DNA of 64,000 nucleotides from Lama guanicoe. Its lineage: Eukaryota. Under the pieces are notes generated by a model. It had not been told where the DNA came from and searched no databases. It was given only the letters and a program-made list of their open reading frames with translations. Both the position numbers and the translations under genes were made by a program. Location: NCBI GenBank assembly GCA_013239625.1, contig MU056000.1, positions 10,179,175 through 10,243,174 on the forward strand, in the 5' to 3' direction. Each line of letters begins with the position of its first letter. Position 1 is the stretch's first letter. Shown here piece by piece: positions 26,128-39,800 of this stretch.

Positions 26128-27227
26128 TTTGAATACAAATATTTAAATCCAGCTCTTCCTTGATTTGAACCACAGCCACACTCGTCAAAGTTATTTGATC
26201 ATTTGCTCTTCAATCTGGCCCATCCTGCTTCGCCAAACAGCTGTCACTCTCATGTCCTTGGACCTAGTCTCCTGACGCCTTTGTGTCCATGGGTGAACTG
26301 AACTACAGTACTTGTTTCAGAATATGGTCAAACCTTCTGCCCATAAGAGTTGATATCTACATGTTTGTTTCTCTAGACACCTATTTGCTTAACAAGATCC
26401 CCCCCTACCATTTTTTTTTAATTGAAGTATAGTCAGCTTTTTAACATGACTTTATGTTGTCATGGAATTTAAACAGTCATCAGCTCTGTGTTGTGCTTCT
26501 GAGTTTTGCACCCAGCGTTTATTAGCTAATTTGGTTATCTAGTTTATTAGGGACTATGTAAGTGGTAACTTTTTTAACAGTAAAAGTGAAAATTGAAGAG
26601 GTCTGTAATTTTTTATCATGTTGATTCATGAGGAATATGTGAGTTCCAGAAAACGTTACATTCTTTGCCCTAGTGTTCTATCCCTGTGTGTCGTCCGATT
26701 TTGACGCAGAAAGTGGATGGATGACCCTGTTATCCATGGTGCAACCAGGCCTTCACTCATCTGCTTACTAGTGATTTTCTTGGGAGCTGTGTTTTGATTG
26801 CAGTGGTAGGTTCCAGACCACTGTGGGATCCAACAGCTCACACGCAAGGTGATTGGCAGGATGGGGGACCTACCTCAGACTCAATCTGCCCTGACCAGTA
26901 TCATCCTCTGGCCTGGTGACCAGTCTGCCTGCTTGCCTGCACGTCTAGTCAAGTACAGAATTCTCTCCCTGTTTCTACTACCTTCTATAAAAATGGGGCA
27001 TCTTGACACAGGAACTGAGGTTTACCTATGGTGCAGTTTCATTAGATTTTAAGATAGTAATAATAATTTAAAATAATTTAACGGCAAATAAATAACTTCC
27101 CAGGCTGAGGTCTTAAACCCTAACTTTTAGCCTAAGAACATGTTTGCAACTGAGCTGTAGATTCAAGGAGACAGTGGTTAGAACTGGCTGAACAGAGAAG
27201 ACTTCCAGTAGGTAAGAGTGAGGGGTT

Positions 27228-28440
27228 TTTTTTTTTTTTTGGCCTTTCAAATTATTTAAATTTCAAGATAGTTTCAGGCCACAGAAAAGTGCGAGCAGAG
27301 AGTGTCCACATTCCCTTGAGCAGATTGCCCAGTTTTTAACATGTTCCTACATTTGCTCCGCCCTTTCCCCCGTCTCTCTCTCCAGCCATCACATGGCCAT
27401 TGACACAACACAAGCATCCTACCAGCCGTCGGCCTCCTTCACGCTGGAACGTTCTTTAGTCTTTCTCTGCCTGGTGTCTTCGACAGTCTCAGAGAGTACA
27501 GGCTTTCCGTTCTGGAGGATGACCCACGACCTCCTGGCCCATCCAGTTTTCTAGGGCTGACTGGGGCCGTGGGTCCTGGGATGCTGCCCCTCCCACAACT
27601 GATGGTGTTAACCTAGGCCGCCTGGTGAGGTTGGTGTCTGTAAGATTTCTCCAGTGTAAAATCACCATTAAAGTTTTGTCTTTGATGAGCATTTTGTGGG
27701 AGGACGTACTGAAATAACACGATGTCTGTAACTCATCGGACTCCGCACGACCTTGGCGCCCGCTGGTGATTCTTGCCATGTCAGCTTCGCTGTGACGGCC
27801 GTCTGATCGTGGGCACTCATTTCCATCGTTCCTTCTATATTCATTAGGTGATCTGCTGTAAGGGGGAACTTTATTTCCTTTCTTCCCCATTTATTTATTA
27901 ATTTTTACTTTCAGTATGAATTTATCAAACCTCATTATATTCAACGAGTTATAATCCAGTATTCTCTTTCGATGCCTAAATTGTCCACGTTCGGCCTGCA
28001 GGAGCCCCTTTCTGTGTTGTTTTGATCTGTCTGTATCATTTTTTGAGTATTACTTTCTAGCATAGCAGGATGTTCCCAGGCTCATTGTGTTCTTTCCCTG
28101 TCTCACCCCTGAGGTCAGCTGTCTCATTAAGAGGTTCTGGTTCCTTGTAGTGTTGGGTGGTATTTAGAAGCAAAGATCCAGGTATTCAGGGGTGCTCATT
28201 TGATTGGGAGGTGTTGAGCAGACAGTCAGGGAACGTGTACGTAGGTGCCGTCCATGCATCCGTCCGTCCACATTCATCTACAGCTGTGTCTGTGTCTGTG
28301 TCTGTGTCTGTTTTAAAACCACATGTGTCCATACTAACACTTCTATTTCTAATCCAGTACTAGCCTTTCCCTTTCTATGTTGATGTATCCCCTCTTAAGA
28401 CAACAAGAAACCTGGCTCCCTTTATCCTCAGTATGTTAAT
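27228..28440 (-). mobile_element. Old L1M (L1MC-like) 3' region
   Basis: T-run followed by degenerate L1 3'UTR; shares several diverged phrases with 57500-58580 (ggtgtctg..agatttctcc..tgtaaa; aggatgttc..aggctcat). Confidence 0.65.
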
Positions 28441-31400
28441 TTATTCATTCAGTTAGTGCCTTTGCTCAATCTTCTCAATCTCCCAACCATTCTCACTGGC
28501 CTCTGACCACCCCCGGTGCCCACTTCTTTAGAAAGTCTGGCCTGGGAACACCTGTTTGGCACCTCCACCCTTCCACTGCCCCAGACTCCGAGCCCCATTT
28601 CCTCTGTGCCGGCAGGGGAGGGGAAGGAAGATGGGAAAGGAAGGGCCACTTTTGTCTTGTAAGTAATTTTTTTCTTTTCCTAAATTAGTGTTTTTCTAAC
28701 TTGAGTGTGCTGGTTATAAGTGCACCTTCTCATACTCCACCCCCAGAGACAGAGAATCTTCGTTTTTAATGTGTTTCCCTAGTGATCCAGGACCCTGATG
28801 CCAGGGCTTTATAGCCCCCACACTGAGAGCCATTCCCTGCCTGATTCTCAAGATCTGTGGGCCTGCCCGGGGGCGGGGAGGTGGGGACTCGGGCAGGCGT
28901 TTACCCCGTGCAGCTGACTGCGCCCTGCTGTGCACGCCGGGCCTTTAGGAGGCAGACTGTTTATAAGCACAGCCTGCGCTTCCTTTTTCTTTGTCTTTCA
29001 CCTACTTTTCCTTTCCTTCCCTCCTCCCTCCCACCCTTCTTCCTTCTTTTCTTCCACAGTTTTTTTCTTTAAGCCGTGTCTACAGTTTCTAGTCTCTGAT
29101 GACAGAAGTTTGCAGTGGAAACCTTTCCAGCACCCTCTTTTTTCATGATGCAAACACCTGCTTTCTTGTGCTTTAATTAGACCTGTCCCATGTTCCTGTT
29201 TGTGTTTTAGCAACAGGAGCCTACCTGTGCCTTGTAAACACTTGCTTCAGCTTGCCGGGTCTGGGGCTAAGGCCGTGTGATGTAACGGACCACAGGAGAG
29301 CCAAGCCCTGGAAACACCTGGGATCAGCTGTAGTTCCAGATGCAGCGAGGAGAGTAGTCATTTTCACCATTTTATTTCAAGCAAACGTATCAACTACTTT
29401 CTCAACAAACTAAATTCATAGAAGTGATTTTTATTTAAGTACTCCTGTGCCACCCCATAAACCTCAACAACGGGTATTTTGAGTCGTGACAGGAGACCGT
29501 GTACCGAGTGTCCCCACACCTGCCGTGGTCTTGGCCGTGGCGGCCACAGGTGGCGGTTCCTGGGACAGAGGAGGTGAGCCGCCCCGTCTGCCAGGGCCCA
29601 CCCTGATCCAGTGTAACTTGAGGGTTTTGTTTCTGCATCAATTTTTCGATTTACCAAATGTGCTGACTTACTGCACACTTCAGTGGGGGCCTCGTGGAAC
29701 TGACTGATTTGCTGCCAGCAAAGCTGGTCGAGCTCCTTTTGAAAATTGATTTTATTTTATTTTTTATTGAAGGGTGGTGGATTTACAACGCCGGGCTCCT
29801 TTTCAGAGGAGCTGTACAAGTGATGTTGGCGCAACGAGTGTTATTAGCTTATGAGAAAAGCAAAAAGCAAAATGAGCCACCTCAGTAGTAAACATCCTAA
29901 AATCTTACCTGTGACGGATGACAGCCCACCCACTTTACTTTAGTGCAACTCTACAAAGCGGTTGTTTAAAAGCCTCATTAAGCATTGCAGCATCGCTGTG
30001 GTACGTGGGTGCTGTTGTCAACATTTGAGCCAGCATCAGAGCCAACAGGCCACATGGCAGTCTCCCTCCTCACCCCCAGACTTGAGGCCTTGCAAGGGCT
30101 TGAAATACTGGAGCAAGAAACCTCAAGCCCACGTGGAACCTACAGAACACACGTATTCTCTGCATCCAGGTGACCTCACTGGCGGGGCCATGCCAGCAGT
30201 TTCCTGTTTTGGTCTTGTTTTGGTTTTCCTTGTCTGAGAGCCAGACATGGTTAGGTTGGTCTGGTTTTGAGTAAGAAATCTAATAGCTGAGAGCAGTGGA
30301 AATAGGCTTTCAGAGCTCCACTTTAAGAGCTTCGCTGGAAGAAGAACCAGCTCAGAGGAAGCCCTGGCCTCTGAAGGCAAGGACCCCTAGGCTTGGGGAA
30401 GACACTGCCACCTGCATGTGGCCTTTCAGAAGGTCACTCGCCTGTGTTAGTGGCAGCAGCTTGTTTGAGGAGCCGTTTTAAGACAGGTTGAAATTCCTGC
30501 TCCGAGACGGAGTGTGTCTGCCTCTCTGGCTGAGGAATGTCAGCCACACCTGTAGAGTAAGCTGGGTGCTAGCACGCTGACCCTTCATCACTCTTTCCTG
30601 CTTTGTTAGAGCCTCGATTTGGAGAAGAGTTCCACGGGAGTGGGAGAGGATGGTGGGGCTGTGGAACATTTCCGGACTTGGCATGGAGGTCTGTGCCCTG
30701 CAGAGGAATCAAAGCAGGTGATGCTGGTTTGAGCTGATACAAGGAGTGTGGTTCATTTTCTAAAGCTTCTGAAGGATCACCCTTTCTTCATGATGTGCTG
30801 CCTGTAGTCATGTCTGGCCGTGCCTTTATGTAGGCTGCATTTTGCCTGTTTTGATCACTCCTTGGGAACGCTGTCCTAGCACTGCACAGCACCATGCTGG
30901 GGCCCAGCTCACCCATCACAGGTCACACTTGGTTCTTGGATGGTGGTTTTTGCCACCTTGAGCAGTAATCTCCAGGTAACTGGTCTCTTTCTTTAGATCA
31001 GAGCAGCGTTCTGTGTGCAAGTGAAGAATATTCCTGCTAGAGACTCTAAGCTCTAATCTGATTTTCTGGTAGCCCCAAGTACTAGAAATAAGAATAGGCA
31101 AGCTTTTGTGAGGGTTGGCAGAACTGTTTTTAGGGTGGTACACAAGAATCCAAGTTACAGATCTTACTCACAGTTTTAATTAAAATTAAACACTCAGGAA
31201 CCAGACCGTTGTTCTAGATTTTAAACAGCTAAGTTTCCTCTTAAGTATTAGAAACAAACGTACCTAGGATGTGGTAAAATTTTAAACTTCAGCCCCTTTT
31301 CTGGCTTTATTTGGTACTTGCATTTTTCTTAACTCATTTAGGTATTAGAGCGTGTTAGTTCATGTATAAAATGCTCCGCTTTATTAAATGTTACTTCCAG

Positions 31401-32339
31401 TGCCCTTCAAGTTACCGAGCACTGTATTCCAAGAACAAAGGGAAGAGTGAAAAAATGAGCCCATTTGTTATGCTTCAAAATTAAAGCATGAAGTCCTGCC
31501 TTTTGATAATAAAGGTTGACTTTTTTTTTTTTTTAACAAGTATTGTCCTTTGTGGAACAGGGTTTGACTGCCTGAAAGCTAAAAACACATTTTTAGACAA
31601 AGCATATAACTTAAGTAGATTAATTAATCTGGTTCTATAGTTAAGAAATCCAGAATGATACCACATACCATAAACTTACATGTATTAATTGTTTTGGTAC
31701 TTAAATTATATGTGAGTATTTTGGCTGCTGTTGTCAGTCTTTTCTTTCATTGATTTTCTGGTTATTCTTACCATTTAAAAGTCCTTATTTCTGTACAGTA
31801 GAGCAGCTCTTTTCATAAAATTCTAGCATATTTTTCCCCACATAGTACTACTGAACTTACAAAGACATTTTACTTACAGTTGTTAAAATATGTGGTATCC
31901 TATGTATGTTTAAATAATGCCTTTGGTGAAAGCTGCACTGAAATAAAGTAGAATTATATCTGAAAGCTTTACTGGAGAATTGCTGCACATGAACACGCAT
32001 TTGGAGTTCCCATGGGGTCCCTAGTTTCAGTGCAGCAGGTGTCCTCTTACTCAGGATTCTTTTTATCCACTTCTGGCACTGTCTCTACCACCAAATGACA
32101 GTATCAACAGTGGCACCGACAGAGATGGTTTCGTCCCTGCTTATGAGTTCCCAGAAGGCAGAGCTCTGCTTAACGTGTTCTTTCATATTAAGGTGATTGT
32201 TTGTGCATGTGCTTGGTCATTCCCCATCACCCCTCCACCATGAGTAGGCATGTTGTTCTAAACCCAGTAATGATACCTGCTCTTGAGCTCTGTCAAACAG
32301 TTGCAGAGATACCCAATGAAGATTAGTTGGAATGTTCTT

Positions 32340-32790
32340 GTTCAGATTGTTTACTCATTCTCAGTAGTAGAATATTAATGGTGTCACCTGGATGCCTCTG
32401 GAAACTTGGTGAGGGCTGGGAACCCATTTGTCACTTTGTTTTGTGGTTTAAGATCCAAAACAATGGCTTAAGTTAAGAGGTTTGCTTTCTGCCAGCACAG
32501 AAGTCCCAGGGCTTGCATTCCAGGCCTCTGTTAGGAAGAGGATCTCTGTATCCTTTTGTCCTTTTGTTTTGCCTCTTGTAGCAGGTGGGCTGCCATCCTT
32601 AAGGCTGCCTTAAGGTCATCAAGTTCCAGCCATCTTACCAGCTTCTTGGCACCAGGGAGAAGAAAAAAGGCAAGGGGGCATGAGCAAATTCAGCCTCCTA
32701 AACAGCTTTCCTGGAAGCCCATTCAACATTTTTTACTTTTGTATGTCGGCCACGCCTATTTGTAAGCGAGGCTGGGAAATGTAGTTTGAT
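32340..32790. mobile_element. MaLR (MLT1-like) LTR remnant
   Basis: caaaacaatggcttaag...tttcctggaagccc...ggccacgcct...gaggctgggaaatgtagttt. Confidence 0.55.
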
Positions 32791-34934
32791 GGCCGGGGTG
32801 TTGCTGTTTCTGACTGTAGGGGCTTGGCTGTCACAAGGAGGGGCGAGTGGACTTTGGGGAGGCAGCTGTCAGTTTCTGCCACACCTTCTGATCTGTATCT
32901 TTCTGACACATGTTCACCAAGTCATATGCTCTAGTGTATATTTCCTGACTGAGGCATAGTATAAAGGGTAAAACTTGGAGAGAATATTTGTAAGGAATTC
33001 TTTCTAGGCTCTGTACAGTGTGAAATATGTGACTTGGAGTATTGGTTCTCAGTCCTAAGAAATGCTTCACCACCATTGTTTAACTGAAACTTCATGCTGC
33101 CTGCTGAAATAAACTGTATAGGTGATAATCTATTGTCACAAAAATTTATGTGTATATACATAAATGACATATATGTTACCATATAAATTAGAGACAAAAG
33201 AAAGGTGATATATGGTAAAATGTGTGTTTTAGTCTATAAGTGCTGAGTATGTGCACAATGTAAGAGGAAAACATTAGCTATTCAGATGCTGGTAGTTCAT
33301 ATAAAACCATTGTTGTGTTGTTGACTCAGATACTGAGAATGGTATTATTGTGCTGATATTTTGAAATGGTAAGCAGCTCCTGTAAAGTTCAGAAGAAAAC
33401 CAAGTGCTGTCTTCCTTTGATAACATGATAATTGCATTCCTGGAAAAATCAGTATTTGTTAGAGGGGCAAAAAAAAAAAAAAGGAAAAGAAAGAAGAATC
33501 ATGGTTATATGTTAAATAAAGCCTAGCTCAGATAATTACAGAAAGCAGGACAATTCTTCATTTTGAGGTAATATCCTGCCGCTGAATCTGTCACAATAAA
33601 TCTCTTCCCCAGATCAGTCATTGTGCCTACCCTCCCCAAATCATTGTCTCAAAAGTGCCCTTGCAAGTCTCCGTGACTCCGAGGGGCAGCTCCCTGCTTG
33701 AGAAGACCTGCGTCTCCACTGTGTGTGTGTACACGTGCCGGACCCAGACTCGGTGGCTCAGTCGGCTCCTTTACTCCCGCCCTCTGTGGTTGTGTCAGCT
33801 TGGCTCGTTTCCACACCAGCCTTGCGATCTCCATGTATTTGGTCAGTTCTAATCTCCGAAGGCTGGGAGCCAGCCTTCATAAGGAGTAGTCAGCACTTCC
33901 AGCAAAGGTCTCAGACTCAGGTATTAGAAAACAAACCTATTATCTGCCAGCAGGACTTAAAGTTGTAAGAGGATTAAAGGAACAGATTAGAAAACTCCAC
34001 AGGCCTCTCGCTTGCCGCCAGTTTTTGGTTGCTAAAGGCTTCCCTTAGCCTGTCCCGTTCACTCACTCCCCCCTTCCCCTGTCCTGGTGGCTTGCCTCTG
34101 AGCCCTGTCTGTGTCTGTTAACTCGGCTCCTGGTTGCTCCTCCTTTCGGTAGAAACCCAAGGAGGCTTTCAGATTTGAAGTGTTTGAGCAGAGAGATCAT
34201 GGTGATGATCAGCAGTCTGATCATATTATTTCTACCGCCTCTGGCAGAATCATTCAAATGGTTTAAGAATCACTTAACTGTAAAAAATACGTAATTCTTT
34301 TCTTTTCATATTCTACCCTCACCTTTTCTTCTTTTTTTTTTTTTTTTGGTTAGTCTCAATACTTTAATTGTACTTTGATAGTTAACGACTGTAATATAGC
34401 ACTGCAGTCTCCTTTGAAAAGTGATGGCATTTAATTAAAATTACTTTTTGAAGTTAATGAACCAAATAAAATGGCACTTTTTAATTTTCTTTTTATTTTG
34501 TGAAGTAAAATTGCTATCCACCTATGTCAGAAAGTTAAAGTACACATTTTTTGCCTAGTGCTAGATTACTGATTTTTTAAAGTGAGGTTTCAATATTCAG
34601 CATTAAATTTTCTCCATTGTGGTGGTTGTGTTCTCTCTAACATATCTCAAGAAAATTATTTCTTTTAAATTTTAATTTGCAGATATCCCAGCAATGCGAT
34701 TTTTATATCAGCTGATGCATCATTTAAAGCAAAATACTATGTATGTTTATAAGACTAGTGTCTACTACAGTGTTTTATACTAATGAATGTTTTTTTAAAA
34801 TCTGAACTCGGTTCTACTGTATTTGGTTTCATGATATCATTAGATACTTGATGGATGTGTTATAAATTTTATTTTGTTCTTTTTAAAATATGCCTTTGAG
34901 TAAAACTAAAACTGTGGTTTACATTTGTATGCAA

Positions 34935-34955
34935 GTGTGTGTGTGTGTGTGTGTG
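34935..34955 (+). repeat. (GT)10 microsatellite
   Basis: Direct reading. Confidence 0.9.
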
Positions 34956-35080
34956 AGCGTGTGTTGTCTGCACAAGTGTGTGCACACGTGTTGGAGGCCA
35001 GGCTCTGCAGCACAGCCTGGGCAAAGCTGCAGATGGTGAATAATCGCTTGCTTACAGTCGCCCTTCTGTCTTGCGGGCAG

Positions 35081-35311
35081 GTGAGTCAGGACGGGAAGTC
35101 ACTCCTTGACAAGCTCCAGCGGCCCCTGACTCCCGGCAGCTCCGATTCCCTCACGGCCTCTGCCAACTACTCCAAGGCCGTGCACCATGTCCTTGACGTC
35201 ATCCACGAGGTGCTGCACCACCAGCGGCAGCTGGAAAACATCTGGCAGCACCGCAAGGTCCGGCTCCACCAGAGGCTGCAGCTGTGCGTTTTCCAGCAGG
35301 ACGTTCAGCAG
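35081..35311 (+). CDS. TRIO: TRIO coding exon (~exon 9), spectrin repeat
   Basis: gggcag|GTGAGT...CAGCAG|gtcagt, 231 nt; VSQDGKSLLDKLQRPLTPGSSDSLTASANYSKAVHHVLDVIHEVLHHQRQLENIWQHRKVRLHQRLQLCVFQQDVQQ. Confidence 0.96.
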
Positions 35312-35386
35312 GTCAGTTTCACGGAGCCTTTTCCTAGTCTGTGCTGGTGAAAATGGATGGCAGAGAAGAAAACGCGCACGGACACT

Positions 35387-35421
35387 CGCGCGCGCGTGCA
35401 CACGTGTACACACACACACAC
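35387..35421 (+). repeat. Alternating purine-pyrimidine tract (CG)5...(AC)7
   Basis: cgcgcgcgcgtgcacacgtgtacacacacacacac. Confidence 0.85.
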
Positions 35422-36293
35422 CTTGTTCCTTACCACGAGGGAAAGCAGCGTGTCGAGGACGCGTGTTCAGGCCTCTCTGCCACGTGCTCGTGCGTGCGGA
35501 ACGCAGGAGATGGTGCAGGGCCTAGACCGAGACTGAGTTTTGTTCCTGAAGCAGCTCATCCTCAGTTACATTTAGTCATGAGAATAATGCCCGTGGCGCT
35601 TTTACCAGCGTGTTGCTGCAGGTTAAGATTTGTCTGCTCTCTGATTGCTTAGTAACAAGCTAATCATGCTTCTCTCCCACTTGGTGGAGAGTGTAGTCCG
35701 AGGAGCCCAGTGGTACTTAATGAATAGTTGTCTCATCAGTGAAAAGTGGACTTTAATGACCATTCATTGCTAAGCAGTCGACATCTTTGTTGTTGTTACA
35801 AACATAAGGGTCAGCCCAGTCCTCCTGTTTATTTCCTTGTCTTGGGTTAAGGAAGCCTGCGCTGCTACCAGGGTTTTAAGGATTGCAGCTGTGGGCACTG
35901 GTAAGATATGATATGTCTTTAGTAGTAAATGAGATAACAGTCCTGTCTTTGCACCACAGCGGAGGGGAAAGCAAGGGTTTGAGTGAGGTGCCCCTGGGGA
36001 CGAGGGATGCTGGGTGTGAGGAAGACATGCAGGAGCTGCAGCGTAACACGCCCCAAGTGTCGCCTGAAGATGAGGGGGTTTCTGCTGCGTGGGGGGCTGA
36101 GACCTGTCCTGATGACACATAGATTCTCCACCTGCACCGACCATCACTCCTCCTGTAACGTGAATCTGGTGACTTCCACATCCTTTTAATTGCTCTGTCG
36201 TTTTTGATTTTCATACAGTATGCTTTGATTCTGCTGATGGTTTGGGATTTCTCTGAAGGTTTCATGTACAGAGTGCCTCAGGAATGATCATTT

Positions 36294-36873
36294 TAGTTTT
36301 TGTTTATTTATTTTTAATTTTTTACTTTTATTGAAGTACAGTAAATTTATAATGTGTTCATTTGTGGGGTACAGCATAGTGATTCATTTATACATATACA
36401 TATTCTTTTTCATCATAGGCCATTACAAGGTATTAAATATAGTTCCCTGTGCTATACAGTAGGGCCTTGTTTATCTATTTTATATATAGTAGTATTTACA
36501 AATTCCAAACTCCCAATTTATCCCTTCCCACCCCTTTCCCCCTGGTAACCGTAAGTTTATTTTCTGTGACTTTGAGTCTCTCTTTCTTTTGTAAAGAAGT
36601 TCATTTGTGCCCCCCCCCCTTTTTTTTTGAAGATTCCACATGTAAGTGATGTTATATGGTATTTTTCTTTCTCTTCCTGGCTTGCTTCACTTAGTATGAC
36701 AATCTCTAGGTCCATCCTGTTGCTGCAAATGGCATTTCATTCTTTTTTATGAGTAGTATTCCATTGTTTACATAGACCACAACTTCTTTATTGGCAATCT
36801 GTTGATAAACATTTAGGTTACTTCCATGTGCTGGCTGTTGTCAATAGCGCTGCTGTGAACATTGGGGTGCGTG
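36294..36873 (-). mobile_element. 5'-truncated LINE-1 3' end, antisense, with TSD
   Basis: tttattgaagtacagt...gctgctgtgaacattggggtgcgtg; TSD tcaggaatgatcattt (36278-36293) / tcaggaacgatcattc (36874-36889). Confidence 0.92.
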
Positions 36874-39800
36874 TCAGGAACGATCATTCTGATGCCCTGC
36901 ATTCTTCTTCAGAATGTTGTTTTAGTCACAGAAAGGAATTGCCAGGGAAGGGGTCTAGATGGAGGAGTCAAAGCCTGGGTGTTACTGTGAGAACTGAAAT
37001 CGTGAGGTTGGAAGCACCAATATTAATGGGTTTTTTTAGTTGTCCAAAAACGGTCGCAAACTGTGAAATACTAATAGTTTAAATGTGCTTATTAAAGGAT
37101 TTTCCCACCTATTTCCGTATCCCTTGGGTCCGCTGTTCACTCTGTGTGCTTGAGGGCCAGCATACTTCCTGGACCTGTGTCTGGAGTAGCAGCTGGGGCT
37201 ACCCCCCACCTCCTTGGGGCGCCACGTCTCATGAGATTAAGCCACTGGGCTGCTCACATCAGGAAAGGAAGCCTTGGGGGATAGGCTGATGAGTCTAACC
37301 ATCTAGTTTGGCACCAGGTACTTACTGTGCTTGAATTTGAAAACAGCAAGCATTAATTTTTATATGTAGAAAGGTAATTATGATAATTACGAGATCAGTT
37401 CTTTAAGCAGTTGTTTTTCCCTCAAGAACAAGAACAGGGTTGGATGTCAGCAGGAGAAAGTGTTTTGCAGCCTCTGGCCCTATTAACATTCCACAGAAGC
37501 AGTGATTGCTCTTTAAGGGAAGCGTTTTGTCGATTAAATGATCGGGAATGGTTTGGAAGTGTTGTGCAAACAGGAAATTGCTATGTCGGCTGGACTTGTG
37601 AAGCAAGGAGCAGAGTTGATAAGATTAAGCAAAGCAAACACTTTACCTCAGAGGAGCCCATAGGATGTCAAAATCGAGAATGTGTTTCTGAAACTCAAGA
37701 AATTAATTCACACAGAGAAAAATTTTGCCATCTTGAGCATCGAGCAGGAAAGGTAAGCTGAGGATAAATGAAGGAAAGATCTTGTCAGCATAGTTAGTAG
37801 AAGATAAACTTATAAAGACAAAAACAATCAAAAATCCACAAAAACATAGCTAATTAGAGATACCACATGTGGTTTTTGTTTGGGTCATGGAAAGGCATCT
37901 GTAATACCAAGGGCAAAGAAAAGCAACTTACCACTCAAGAAATACGGACACTTTTGTGAAGATAGCCTCTAAGAAGAGTACGTGCTTGTCTGTGGAAAAA
38001 TACTCAAAAGATATGTGAGACCAGCGTGTGCCCCAAGGAAAGGAGCCCTGGGGGACGCACGGGGAGTTTGATTTTTAAAATATGCCTAATTTTGGTTTAG
38101 CGATTAGGTTTTTTCCCCCCCCTGAACAAGCAAAGGCAGTTTCCCAATTTCTATATGGACAGTGTTTCGGGTGGGAGTCAGGTGCCGCAGTGTAGGGTCA
38201 TAGCGCTGACCGTGGGTCCAGACCACAGGACGGGGAGGCAGGCGGTAAAGACGTGCCGACGTACACGTGCTAGCTGCTGAGCAGCATTACCTGTTGTCAT
38301 CCTTAGCTTCAAAATAAAATTAATACCATTTGTCCTATTTCTTGATGGTCAAATAATACACATATTCCTGCTGCCTGCTGTTTACTGTTAGGGCAAACCT
38401 CAGTGGGCATTTCGTTGAATTAATGAGTGAGTAGCTGTTACTCCTGCCAGGCGGAGTCTTTCAGTTTAGGGTTTGCTTTAGTTGACTCTAACTACATAGT
38501 TTATTTTTGCTGCACTCATTGAAGTGGGAGGGGAGTCTGGATGAAGTCCACAGCAGGCTGCTGTCAGGCTCGTCCTCCCACTCGCTGGCGTGTGTGCCCA
38601 TCTCTTGGGCTGGTGGGACTTAGTCACCCCAACACGTCCAGTGAGGTCAGTGGGCCCTGGCAATCTGCTTTCCAGAAGCAGGCTTTCTCCTTTAGACAGG
38701 GAGACCTTCTCCTAAACAGAAGCCCCCCGCCGCCCACTGCAGCCCTTTGAATGTGTGAGCATCACACCTGCTGAGTTATCTCTTGGAAGAACTCCCTTCA
38801 GGTTGGTGTTGGGCCATTAAGATTGAAAAATTGGTCGAGCAAGTCTGGTCCACTCTAGATTCTTCTTGTCCACAGTTCATTCTTTATACAAAACACCTGA
38901 ATTGAATGTGTGATATTCTGAGAGGTACAGAGATAAATGTGTTGACTAGCTCAAAGTTCCTTTTCTCAAGGAATTGTAATCTCGTGAGAGTCGATGGTTT
39001 AATAGTCAAATACGTTAGACCACAGCACGTTCAGATTCATGGATGCTGTTGATTGTCGCAGGGCGTCGTTTTGCCAGGATGTGAATTTGACTGTTAAGGT
39101 GGGACCAAGTGAAGGAGTGGATACAGCTTGCCACCCTTGTCCCTGCTGTCCGCCCACCTCACACGTGCATTTGGGTGGGACACATCTGGGCTGTGATGAC
39201 TTGTACACGTGTCGGGTTCCAGGGAGCTTCGTTTGTGTTCTCAAGCATCAGGGGTGCTGTGTATCAGGAAGACAAAGGCTCCTGTAACGGGTGCAAGTGA
39301 CAGTTGCTGGGGCAGCGGGAAGGCCTCCCGGGGAGGCGTGGGGTTTGGGCTGGTCCTCGACAGGTGGGCAGAAGTCTGGAGGCTGAGAACTGGGCAGCAG
39401 GGGTTGCCGGGACAGCAGAGACATTAAAGGGTGGGCCTGCCTGAGAACAGCAGGCGGCCAGGGTGGGCGGAACAGGAGGCGAGGAGGCTGAGCTGGGCAG
39501 GTGTGGAAAGGTGACCCTGTGTCACAGGCTCGGGAGTTTCCAAAGCTTTGGGACACCGTCGAGGGGACATTGTGAACCCGAGTACTGTGCATGGGTGCAG
39601 GCCTGCAGGGACCGCGTGGCTGTGAGGATTGAGGGCAGGGGCATCCGCGTGGCAGCGGGCTCCCCTCGGTGCTCGTGGGTGCTCACCAGTGGGCAAGTTA
39701 GGGGTCTCTCTTCTGTCGGTGCCCACAGCCACCCTGCGGAGTGGTTCATGCAGTTCTCCACTTTGAGATCAAACCCCGAAGGACCACATGCCGTGCATTT

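Noticed and set aside
37680..38030. A-rich stretch as a possible old L1 ORF2 fragment
   Set aside because: Too degenerate to assign by eye; needs RepeatMasker.
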